32,000 bases of DNA. Origin: an uncultured archaeon (GTDB lineage Archaea; Asgardarchaeota; Jordiarchaeia; Jordiarchaeales; Jordiarchaeaceae). The position numbers and the translations under genes were made by a program. Location: the NCBI GenBank assembly GCA_964510585.1, contig CAZECW010000146.1, positions 17,841 through 49,840 of the forward strand, given 5' to 3'. Every line of letters starts with the position of its first letter. Positions within the stretch are counted from its first letter, which is position 1. The notes below the pieces were generated by a model. It was not told the origin of the DNA. It worked only from the letters and a program-made list of their open reading frames with translations, and did no database searches. Positions 17,046-25,655 of the stretch are shown one piece after another.

Positions 17046-18686
17046 TTATTTTTTTATCACTCTGACGAGTTTTTGTGCGGTTCCTGTGTTGCCGTAGTTG
17101 TCTGTGAATTTTAGGGTGGCTTTGTATGTTCCTGCTTTTTGGTATGCATGGATTGTTATGGGTAGTTTTGCTGTGTTTCCGTCTCCGAAGTCCCAATTTA
17201 GGTCTAGTATGATGCTTTGGGGTGCTGTGAAGACTGCAACGTGGAATATTGCGGGGGTTCCCTCGACTACTGGGTTGGGTGTGACTGTGAATGATCCTGT
17301 GGGTGGGGTTATTCCCTGTTTTTGCGTGATTAATTGTTTTGTGTCTTTTAGTTTGCCGTCTGCTTCTTTTATTTTTTGGGTGGGTGTTTCCTGTATTTTG
17401 TCGATGAAGTGTATGTGCGCTTTGGCGCATCTTTCGAGTTGTTCGGGTGTGCATTTGTCTGGTGTGTCGTATTTTGTGTGGTACATTACGGGTTTACCTA
17501 TGACTAGGATGGAGGGAATTCCTGCTCTGATGAAAGGTCCTAGGTCACTTACGGGTAGGGATTTTGCTGAGACGTAGGCTGCCGGCAACAGGTTATATTT
17601 GAGGGTGGCTTCCATGACGAATTGTGTTAGGGTGAGGTTGTCTGAGATGAAGAGACCTCTTTTTTCGTCCAGTCCAGTTTCTACTATACCTCCATCGGCT
17701 TGATTGTACCATCCTTTGGATCCAAATCCATCAAGCATGATGAATGTTGCTATCTTGTTGAGCAGATCTTTGTGCATTTGTACAAAGTTGTTGACTCCAA
17801 GGAAGGCTGCTTCGTGGCCTGTCCAGCCGACGAACATCATTGTTTTTTCCCTCTTTTTTAGGGGGACTTGGGCGTAGTGTTTGGCTAGGGCTATTAGTCC
17901 GGCGTTGGCTCCTGCGTTATCAACTGCGCCTGTGAAGGTGCTGTCGGTGTGGGTTCCAATTAGGATGATGTCGTCGCTCCTTCCCGGTAGGGTTCCTACT
18001 ATGATGTTGCTGCTTGCTTTTTCGGTCTTGACTTCCTCGACGAGTTTTACTGTGAGTTTACCTTGGCTTCTGGTGCATAGTGTTTTTAGATAGTTGCCAT
18101 CATCATTGTTTACTGATAGGGCGGGTAACCTGCTCTCCCATCCCTCTATCCCCTCGCCCAAAAATATGTAGGATATGGCGTCGAGGGGGGATCCGTTGAT
18201 GATCACTGCGCCTAGGGCGCCTTTTTCTTTTGCCAGTTTCAGTGAGCCGAATACTGTAAAGGTGGGGTGGAAGTTTAGTATCATTTTGCTGTCTATTAGT
18301 ACTATTTTGTCTTTGACATCTGTTGCTTGGAAATCTGCGGGTGTTCCATAGCCCACGTAGACCATCTGGGCGGTTATTCCTTCAGGGTTTGTAGAGCCGC
18401 TGAAGTAGACGGGGAATGTTTCAAGGGTTTGGTCGGAGGGGATTCCAGTTGTTTCTTCGGCTATAATTTTTAGTTCGTGTCTATCTGACCACCAGCGTGT
18501 GAAGCTGAATGGTTTAAGGTCAACCTGTGGTAGTCCTGCTTCCTTTAATTTTTGGTAGATGTATTTTTCGGCCTTTTCGGCGGGTGGGGTTCCTGCTATG
18601 CGGTAGCCGAAATCGCATAAATCCTTCATGGTTTGGTATAATTCTTGGCCGGATATCTTTACAGTGCTGGTTTTAGCCATTTTCAC
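17046..18686 (-). CDS. M28-family metallopeptidase with PA domain and C-terminal PKD domain
   Basis: PA domain: MVYVGYGTPADF...VKDKIVLI. M28 motifs: GTHTDS, DNAG, GHE, MLDG, YHTKYDT. PKD domain: WDFGDG...HAYQKAGTYKATLKFTD. Confidence 0.85.
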   Translation of the reverse strand: MKMAKTSTVKISGQELYQTMKDLCDFGYRIAGTPPAEKAEKYIYQKLKEAGLPQVDLKPFSFTRWWSDRHELKIIAEETTGIPSDQTLETFPVYFSGSTNPEGITAQMVYVGYGTPADFQATDVKDKIVLIDSKMILNFHPTFTVFGSLKLAKEKGALGAVIINGSPLDAISYIFLGEGIEGWESRLPALSVNNDDGNYLKTLCTRSQGKLTVKLVEEVKTEKASSNIIVGTLPGRSDDIILIGTHTDSTFTGAVDNAGANAGLIALAKHYAQVPLKKREKTMMFVGWTGHEAAFLGVNNFVQMHKDLLNKIATFIMLDGFGSKGWYNQADGGIVETGLDEKRGLFISDNLTLTQFVMEATLKYNLLPAAYVSAKSLPVSDLGPFIRAGIPSILVIGKPVMYHTKYDTPDKCTPEQLERCAKAHIHFIDKIQETPTQKIKEADGKLKDTKQLITQKQGITPPTGSFTVTPNPVVEGTPAIFHVAVFTAPQSIILDLNWDFGDGNTAKLPITIHAYQKAGTYKATLKFTDNYGNTGTAQKLVRVIKK

Positions 18687-18835
18687 ACCTCAATAATTGG
18701 TTTATTATTTGGTGTTTTCTTGTTAATAATTTTGTGTCTGTGGGCTGGCAATTTTTTTCAAACTGTGGAGATTATATATTGGTGGCTTCTCTAGTTAAAA
18801 GTGGAAGAAATTTAGCTTTGGAGGTATGGTTAAGT

Positions 18836-19621
18836 ATGTCCAGTTTATCCATTAGGGATGTTGGAAGGAGGCTGTCTAGGGCGGGTAGGTTGGAAACGAG
18901 GGTACTGTGTGTATATGGTTCGCGGGATATTCCTGTTGGGGCTATTCCAATGAAATCGGTTAGTCGCTGCATCGCTAGAGCAATATTTACTATGGCGGTT
19001 CGCGGAGAAGTGCCTCCCACGTATTTGGGGAATAATGCTCTTGAGGGGTGTTGCCCTGGAGGCGTATCTTGGCTTGGTTTTAGTAGTCCGTCGCCTTGGA
19101 TTAAGTATTTTGTGTCTACGGGCACAAAGGAATTCGCTGATGGAGCCGCGGAGTATTTAAAGGTTAGTCCTGAGGTTGCTGAGGAGAGCTTCAAATCTAT
19201 AGGAAAAATAACGCCCCTCGGAAAGTATACTGTGATTCAAGCTTGTGAAGACCTGGAGGAGGATCCGGGTGTTAAATCTATTGTTTGTTTTGGGACATGT
19301 GAGCAAATTAGAAATATGTGCTCGCTTGTTTACTTCAGGAGGACAGATATGTATGCGGTTTTGGCGCCCTTTGGGCCTTCTTGTGCCACCTTAGTTACTT
19401 ACCCTGCGGGTATGGGGGAAAAGGTGCCTCGCAACTCGGTGTTCATAGGGCCCTTGGACCCCACGGGAAACTCGTGGTTCCCACCTAATTATATGGCTTT
19501 GGGTATACCAGTGCAAATAGCAAGACAAATGAGCCAGGATCTGGAAGAATCGTTTATTGTAAAGAGGCCTAAAACTGCTTATCCTGATCGGAGAGAAAAA
19601 ATAGGGACTGTTGTAAAGTAA
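18836..19621 (+). CDS. DUF169-like protein
   Basis: GCCPGGVSWLG, GPSCATLV and GPLDPT motifs. GGAGGT SD at 18820-18825 supports the ATG at 18836 over the ORF-track start at 18734. Confidence 0.65.
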   Translation: MSSLSIRDVGRRLSRAGRLETRVLCVYGSRDIPVGAIPMKSVSRCIARAIFTMAVRGEVPPTYLGNNALEGCCPGGVSWLGFSSPSPWIKYFVSTGTKEFADGAAEYLKVSPEVAEESFKSIGKITPLGKYTVIQACEDLEEDPGVKSIVCFGTCEQIRNMCSLVYFRRTDMYAVLAPFGPSCATLVTYPAGMGEKVPRNSVFIGPLDPTGNSWFPPNYMALGIPVQIARQMSQDLEESFIVKRPKTAYPDRREKIGTVVK

Positions 19622-19684
19622 ATGAAGGGGGTTTGGATGGGTTGGCTGGGCTTTTGAACTACTTCTCTCTATTTTTTGTTTGAT

Positions 19685-20449
19685 TTATTGGTTTTGGTAG
19701 GGGTCTGGGGTGTTTTCGTTTGTAGGGTTTAGGAATTGTGAGAGTTTCTCTATTTTTTGGATTCCTTGTGTATAAATTGGGGATTTTATGGGTGGGGTAA
19801 TCTTGTTTTTTGTTATTTTCTTTGGGATTGACTTGTATGCGGGGTTTGGAATCCAGCGGGGACCTTTTTCCGTTTTTACTAGGTGGTAGGCCGCTCCGCA
19901 GGCGCTTTCCATTGGTCCATAGAGGGATTGGAACTTGTTTGACACCCAGTTCGCCATGACTAGTGTTTGTGGCTCCTTATTTATTGTTGTGTGCCCGTGT
20001 AGGGGAGGTGAAACCCAGAGTTCGTAGGGTTTTACCTCTGTTGCAGTGAAGACTTCTACTTTGAGGGGGTCTTTTTCACTGCTTTTTTGTGATACGTAGA
20101 TTGCTTTTCCATAGAGCACGCCATAAATTTCGGGGTAGAAATTGGGGTGATAGTGTCCAGAGGTTTTGCCGTATTCGTCTCCCAGCAGGAAATTTTTCAT
20201 TACGGTTATGTCGAACCTCAAACTATACTGGGCAATTATGGGCCTGTGTTCTGGAAGAGCTACATCTCTATACATCCAGTAGGCGATTTCCTCAGTGTCA
20301 ACTTTGAGGTCGCGGTTTCTAGCTACCTTGGTGAGGTCTCCCATAGTTCTTACGCTTGGTTGCGGCAGTTCCAATTTCTTCGAGATTAACTTATTTGTTC
20401 TCTCGTCAAGAGATATGGGAAGACCGGAAACATTCTCTAAATCTATCAT
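19685..20449 (-). CDS. pgi: Cupin-type (archaeal) glucose-6-phosphate isomerase
   Basis: RFDITV, KTSGHYHP, YPEIY, PPLHGHTTIN, MANWV and GAAYH motifs with the cupin metal ligands H, H, E, H. Confidence 0.8.
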   Translation of the reverse strand: MIDLENVSGLPISLDERTNKLISKKLELPQPSVRTMGDLTKVARNRDLKVDTEEIAYWMYRDVALPEHRPIIAQYSLRFDITVMKNFLLGDEYGKTSGHYHPNFYPEIYGVLYGKAIYVSQKSSEKDPLKVEVFTATEVKPYELWVSPPLHGHTTINKEPQTLVMANWVSNKFQSLYGPMESACGAAYHLVKTEKGPRWIPNPAYKSIPKKITKNKITPPIKSPIYTQGIQKIEKLSQFLNPTNENTPDPYQNQ

Positions 20450-20654
20450 TTTTTAATGCACCTATACACTCTTATTGTCAGAATTGATTCATTTTTTTGG
20501 TAACGGTTTTTCAGGAATTAATTCGACTCAGAAAAATTTCTAATCCCATCATGTTGTACTTTCTGCTTGATGTCCGCAGAGGTTGAATTTTAGGAATTTT
20601 CTAATGGTTTGAATAGTTTTTTTGTGGTGGGGATGTTCAGGTTTTGGGAGGGTT

Positions 20655-21059
20655 TTAACTATTTTTTAGGCATTCTTCCCTGTCTTTTAGGGCTTGTTTT
20701 GCTCTTTCTATTTTTCCGTCTTTTTCCAGTCTCTCCGCGTATTTCTTGTAGAGGTCTGCTGCCTTCCTGTAGCACTGTTTCATTTTTTCTGTGTTTCCCC
20801 CTTCTTTGTAGCATTTTCCTGCTCTCTTTAGGTTATCTGCACTGGTTCCTAGAAAGTCTTGCTCTGCTAGGTGTTCTCCCAATTTTTCGAAGCAATTTGC
20901 GGCTTTCAAAAAACATTCTTTGGCTTTTTCCTCGTTCCCAGCGTCTAGGTAGCAGGTTCCCGCCCACTCGAAGTCGTCACCTGCTTCTGCTAAATCGTTT
21001 TTTTGTAAGCTATTTTCGGCTCTTTGATATGCTTTATCCGCCTCTTTCTTAAGGCTCAA
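20655..21059 (-). CDS. SNAP/TPR-like helical-repeat protein (134 aa)
   Basis: Repeated A-G-x-C-Y / A-A-x-(C/L)-(F/Y) helical hairpins. GGAGGT SD upstream. Confidence 0.7.
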   Translation of the reverse strand: MSLKKEADKAYQRAENSLQKNDLAEAGDDFEWAGTCYLDAGNEEKAKECFLKAANCFEKLGEHLAEQDFLGTSADNLKRAGKCYKEGGNTEKMKQCYRKAADLYKKYAERLEKDGKIERAKQALKDREECLKNS

Positions 21060-21204
21060 AAATATAACCTCCTATGGAGATTACGGTACAATTTAGGATA
21101 TTTGGGATTATTCAAATTTCTATCCCCTACATAATCTGAAAAGGATATCGGAGGAAAACTCAGGACGGGTGGGGAGGGTGTTCAGTGCTTGAAATTTTGA
21201 AATT

Positions 21205-22701
21205 TTAATCTATTTCTTCTTCGACCCAGGAGAATTTTCTTTGGAGTGTTTTTGGATAATATTTTTTCCAGTCGTAGTCCACTTTTTTGCCCCATTCATA
21301 ATAGACTCTGGGGTCAATGTAGCTTTTGAGGGAGGTTGTGAGATTATAGTTTTTTGTTTTCTTCATGATTTCTATTTGTGCCTCTAATTCCTTTATTTTT
21401 TGGATGGCTTTTTCTGTTTTCTTTTCTTTTAGTTTTTTGAGGCGTTCCTTTTTCTTTTGGAGGGATTTCTGGAAACTTTTTGATACTTTCTTCTTATGGT
21501 TGCACACTTCGGCAGCTTTTAGATTAGCCATTTTGGCTGTGATTTTCTTAACATATTCTGGATCGTCCTTTGTGGTTTTAGACTCGTTTAACTCCTTCTC
21601 CACCACCTTTGTGGCGTGATATGTTCTGAAGACCTTTGCGGTTAGTCCAGGCACCACTTCGTCCAGAAACTGGCTAACGTTACTGGATCTTATCCCCGCA
21701 AAAATAGCCGAGTTTGCATCTGCAATGAACTCCTTAAGGTTCTTAATCACTTGGGGTGGTAGATAAACTTCTTTTTCCCACCTCACTGAGTCTTTTCCCA
21801 AAAAATTGAATTTGGTTAGTCCATTTTCACCAATCTTTATGTGCTCAGGTCTGAGAGTTGTTGCACCAACAGTGTCCGCCTCATCTTTATCCTTCTCATC
21901 ACCCACACGTAGTTTTATTGCGTCGATGAGGTAGCACACAGTGGCAATCTTTCTTCTCTTAACATCTTCGGCTGTTAAGTTATTCTCTATGTGTGCCCTG
22001 AGTTCCTCAATCTTGTCCTCAAGCTCCCAAGCTTTATCAAACTTTTCTATTTCCCGTCTCTGCTTAAGATGAGAAGTGTCCGATAGCCACACATGTTTTA
22101 ATTTTCCACGCAGTTTATCCTCCCACTTTGCAATCCACATGCAATCCGGTTCCCACACAATCGCTTTCCAGTTTCCGGGTGGTCTCGGAGCATCGGGCGA
22201 AAGGTTCAGAATAACATCTTCTGGTTTGGGGCCCTCCTTCCACTTGCCTCTGAGAGGATGTTTTCCTCTTCCCATAAAAATGCTTGAAGGCTCAGCATTA
22301 TAGTTTCCTATTTCCACCCTTTTACCATCTACGATGGCGTAGCCATACTTCTCTTTGTTTCTCTCGCGGATTTCCTTACGCTCAGCTGCAAGTCTCTTCT
22401 TCTCCTCTTTGGACATGCTTGCTTTTTTTAGTTTCTCATCTTCCACGTACTTTATGATTTCAGAGAAATCAAAGTCTTCTGGAGAGACTTTGCCCAGACC
22501 CAAGGCTGCGCCGAAGTCATTAAAAAAGTTTTTAACAAAAACTGGGTCATCCACATACTCTGTGCCCAGCTTTTTGACCCAGGCTACTGCCATCTCTTCC
22601 TGTTTAGGTTCCAGTTTAATCCTTTTTCCTTTAAAAAGTATGGAAAACCCCTTATAGTTATACTGTGGAAATAGAATGCCGTTATGAATTAATTGTTTCA
22701 C
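21205..22701 (-). CDS. DNA topoisomerase IB (eukaryote-like, long form)
   Basis: Catalytic pentad: LRVG (R), GKDS (K), KVFRTY (R), CNH (H), KSYIDP (Y). Eukaryote-type N-terminal core: HNG...P-x-Q-E-E...F-M-G-R-G-x-H-P. Confidence 0.95.
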   Translation of the reverse strand: MKQLIHNGILFPQYNYKGFSILFKGKRIKLEPKQEEMAVAWVKKLGTEYVDDPVFVKNFFNDFGAALGLGKVSPEDFDFSEIIKYVEDEKLKKASMSKEEKKRLAAERKEIRERNKEKYGYAIVDGKRVEIGNYNAEPSSIFMGRGKHPLRGKWKEGPKPEDVILNLSPDAPRPPGNWKAIVWEPDCMWIAKWEDKLRGKLKHVWLSDTSHLKQRREIEKFDKAWELEDKIEELRAHIENNLTAEDVKRRKIATVCYLIDAIKLRVGDEKDKDEADTVGATTLRPEHIKIGENGLTKFNFLGKDSVRWEKEVYLPPQVIKNLKEFIADANSAIFAGIRSSNVSQFLDEVVPGLTAKVFRTYHATKVVEKELNESKTTKDDPEYVKKITAKMANLKAAEVCNHKKKVSKSFQKSLQKKKERLKKLKEKKTEKAIQKIKELEAQIEIMKKTKNYNLTTSLKSYIDPRVYYEWGKKVDYDWKKYYPKTLQRKFSWVEEEID

Positions 22702-23020
22702 TTGATCTACCTGCCCATATACGTTGTGCCATACTTTAGGGTTGGGAGGTTAAGGAATGTATATGGTTGAACCTTTATATCCTTTATCAGTTTTTAAAAA
22801 TAGGGGAGGAAAAGCTTATTTTTCTAGTTTAACCATAATTTTCTAAACTATTGTTAATATGGCGCGGTTTCCACCACTACGAATAGAAATACTTCCCTTA
22901 ATATTACAGCTTCAAAGAACCAGAAACTGTACTTAAAATAGGCTCAGCCCAAAAAATCCTACAAATAATCTACTTGTATTGTGGTCCTTCCTAAAATATT
23001 GCATTAGGAGATTGGTTTAA

Positions 23021-24079
23021 ATGTCAAATGACATTGTATTTTCGGATGAGGAGAGGGAGAGGTACTCTAGGAACATTGTCCTTGACTACATAGGATATAG
23101 TGGCCAGAAAAAACTCAAGAAATCCAAAGTTCTAGTGGCAGGGGTGGGAGGTATTGGGTGTTATGCAGCGCTCCTTTTTTCTCAGATGGGCATCGGTAGC
23201 ATTAGACTTGTAGATATGGATATTGTGGAAATTTCGAATCTCCAGAGACAAGGATTATACAATATGGAACTCATTAATTATCCAAAGGTAGAAGCAGCAA
23301 AAATCCAACTCACAAAGTTAAATCCCCAAATAAGCATAGAAGCCATGCCCCATTTTCTGGACGAAACCAATGTGTTGCAAATTTTGGACGGAGTTGATGT
23401 TGTGGTTGACGGGCTGGATGAGTTAGAGCCAAGATACATTTTGAATAGAGCTTGCCACAAACTGGGCATACCGTATATCTTTGGGGCGGCAATAGAAACT
23501 TATGGCAATGTTTTCACTATAATTCCCGAAAAGACCGCCTGCTTGGAATGCTTCTACGGGAGCATCAAAGACGAATTGTTACCAGCATGTGGACAGGTAG
23601 GAGTCTTCCCCCCTGTTCCCCCAATCATAGCCAATATTGAGGTAGCGGAGGCGGTGAGAATTCTACTGGGAAAAACGCCTCAATTGGCTGGAACACTACT
23701 CTTCGTTGACGCATCGGATCTATCATTTGAAAAAATTTCCATAAAAAAAGAAAGCTCATGTAAGGTTTGCAACTTGAAACCCGACCAAATATTCTTCGAA
23801 TCAACGCGGAGGAGAAATCTTGTGAAATCCATTTGCGGCAGAGCTTCGAAAAGCACACATATAGTATTACCCGAAAAAGACCAAGATTTAGATTTTAGCA
23901 AAGTCTTGGAAAATCTGGATAAATCATACAAAGTTATTTTGTTATCGGAACTAGGAGTTTCACTAAAAAGGAATTTAGAAATAGATATTAGCATTTTAAA
24001 ATCGGGAGTGGGCATAATTAAAGGGGCTAATACTGAGGAAAATGCCCTAGCAACCTATAGAGAGTTAGTTCCATGTTAA
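23021..24079 (+). CDS. ThiF/MoeB/UbaA family E1-like adenylyltransferase with C-terminal extension
   Basis: RYSRN, GVGGIG, SNLQRQ, CLEC...CKVC Zn site, ACGQVGV catalytic-Cys region. Confidence 0.9.
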   Translation: MSNDIVFSDEERERYSRNIVLDYIGYSGQKKLKKSKVLVAGVGGIGCYAALLFSQMGIGSIRLVDMDIVEISNLQRQGLYNMELINYPKVEAAKIQLTKLNPQISIEAMPHFLDETNVLQILDGVDVVVDGLDELEPRYILNRACHKLGIPYIFGAAIETYGNVFTIIPEKTACLECFYGSIKDELLPACGQVGVFPPVPPIIANIEVAEAVRILLGKTPQLAGTLLFVDASDLSFEKISIKKESSCKVCNLKPDQIFFESTRRRNLVKSICGRASKSTHIVLPEKDQDLDFSKVLENLDKSYKVILLSELGVSLKRNLEIDISILKSGVGIIKGANTEENALATYRELVPC

Positions 24080-24447
24080 GCTTGTGGTTTAAGAGGTTTA
24101 AAGGGTACTTTTGGGAATCGGGCCTCTTTGAGGGGAGGCAAAGTTCCCAGAAAAAAAGGTTTGGGTCTCAAATGGAAATAAGCTCTACTAGAGTCCCTCT
24201 TTAACAATGGAAAGATGGTACACTGGGTCTAGAAGCTAGGGTTAGGAATAAATTTCAGTGCGTTCCCGCGAGAGTTTGGAGAATTTTTGTCGATTTTTAT
24301 AATTCAAAATTAACTTTGTATATTGCATAGTTATATTTTTATTTTGCTAGTTTTTAGCTTGCTAAATTATACTTTTAGTATAGAAAAGTTTAAATTGTGA
24401 AAGGTATATAATTACGTTATCAATAGGGGAAAAGGTGTGAGAGCAGA

Positions 24448-24795
24448 ATGAAAACACCTTGCGAAATTGTTAATAAACGCTATCTCCCCTCCATTAGAGC
24501 TATGATTGCCAAGGAACTCGCAGAAAAACACAATTGCACACAGATGAAAATTGCTGAGTGGCTTGGCGTAACACAAGCAGCCATCAGCCAATACCTCTCC
24601 TCCAAGAGAGCAGGTAAAGAACGAATTCTGAAAATTAGACCCGAAATTAAAGAGTTCGTTCAAGAAATAACCCTCAAACTTGCGAATGGGGAGAAGGAAA
24701 AATTCAACATCGGAGAAGAGATTTGTAATATTTGCAAATCCTTAAAATTAAAAGAAGAAGCACACACAACAATAAAGAGTTACGCAACAGCCTGA
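24448..24795 (+). CDS. Archaeal XRE-type HTH transcriptional regulator
   Basis: PCE...LPSIRAMIAKEL, TQMKIAEWLGVTQAAISQYL and C-terminal ICNIC. Confidence 0.85.
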   Translation: MKTPCEIVNKRYLPSIRAMIAKELAEKHNCTQMKIAEWLGVTQAAISQYLSSKRAGKERILKIRPEIKEFVQEITLKLANGEKEKFNIGEEICNICKSLKLKEEAHTTIKSYATA

Positions 24796-24895
24796 AAGTA
24801 CTAGCAACGAATTTCCACTACTAAAAGGTCAATCAGGTTCCCTCAGTGCAGAGACAGAACCAAGGTTAAATCCCTAAGAACAAAGCAAGACTAAA

Positions 24896-25072
24896 TCAGT
24901 GTTTCTCACCTTTTTTTATGGACATTTTTGGAAACTCATAGCCACAAACGGGACACGAAACCATATTGCACATTTTTGCAAGAGGACACACAAAACACTT
25001 CTCCAAATCCTCCTCACCAAACTTAAATCCACATAAGGGACATCTGTAAACCTTTTCCGATTTTTGCGACAT
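24896..25072 (-). CDS. Small Cys-rich metal-binding protein
   Basis: CPLCG...CFVCP...C...CPVCGYEF, 7 Cys in 58 aa. ATG at 25072 is preferred over the ORF-track start at 25105. Confidence 0.7.
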   Translation of the reverse strand: MSQKSEKVYRCPLCGFKFGEEDLEKCFVCPLAKMCNMVSCPVCGYEFPKMSIKKGEKH

Positions 25073-25655
25073 AAAGTTCAACACCCTGAAATTAAAAACT
25101 TCCAAAAGCTACTCCAAACATAACTATGAAGCCGCAACTTTTAACTCTATCAACTAATTTCACTCTAAATCCACTTTTTCGCGGATTCTTCAAATTTTTA
25201 GTAACATTGAATACTCCCAGTGGGGAGAGAGCTTTTCGTATATGTTTATTAAAGATGTATAATACAGTTTTCAAAATAGAAACGGCAACAGTTAAAAAGC
25301 CCGAGTAAAGCCATAAAATTTCAAAAATATGCAGGGACGGGGTTAATAGGTTCTAATTTATCTCCACTAAAATTAATATCTCGGCAATTTTAAATTTAAG
25401 CTGATTTCCATTTTGGTGCTGCTAAATGATTGGAAAAAGCATTTTCTCATCATGTAAAAGGGGAAGGATAGTGATAAACAAGCACCAATGAGCCAAACTG
25501 TCAAGAAATTGTTTAACTCGACAATTTTTTAATCAGGCTGGTTTCAGTTTTCGGGTTAAAAGAAGTATTGGGAAGCCTTCTCCCCGATATCAAAAGATAA
25601 GGGGGTATGTAAAACAAGTTATCATGGAGCAGAGTAAGTTAATTTGGGGATACTT

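Noticed and set aside
21151-21161. GAGGAAAACTC resembling the RNase P RNA GAGGAAAGUCC motif
   Set aside because: It is mismatched, the gap is only ~145 nt, and no complementary P4 partner or GC-rich stems are present.
9858-24332. 12-mer TATTGCATAGTT shared by two intergenic regions (9858-9869 and 24321-24332)
   Set aside because: AT-rich, with inconsistent orientation relative to downstream genes and only two copies. Compatible with chance.
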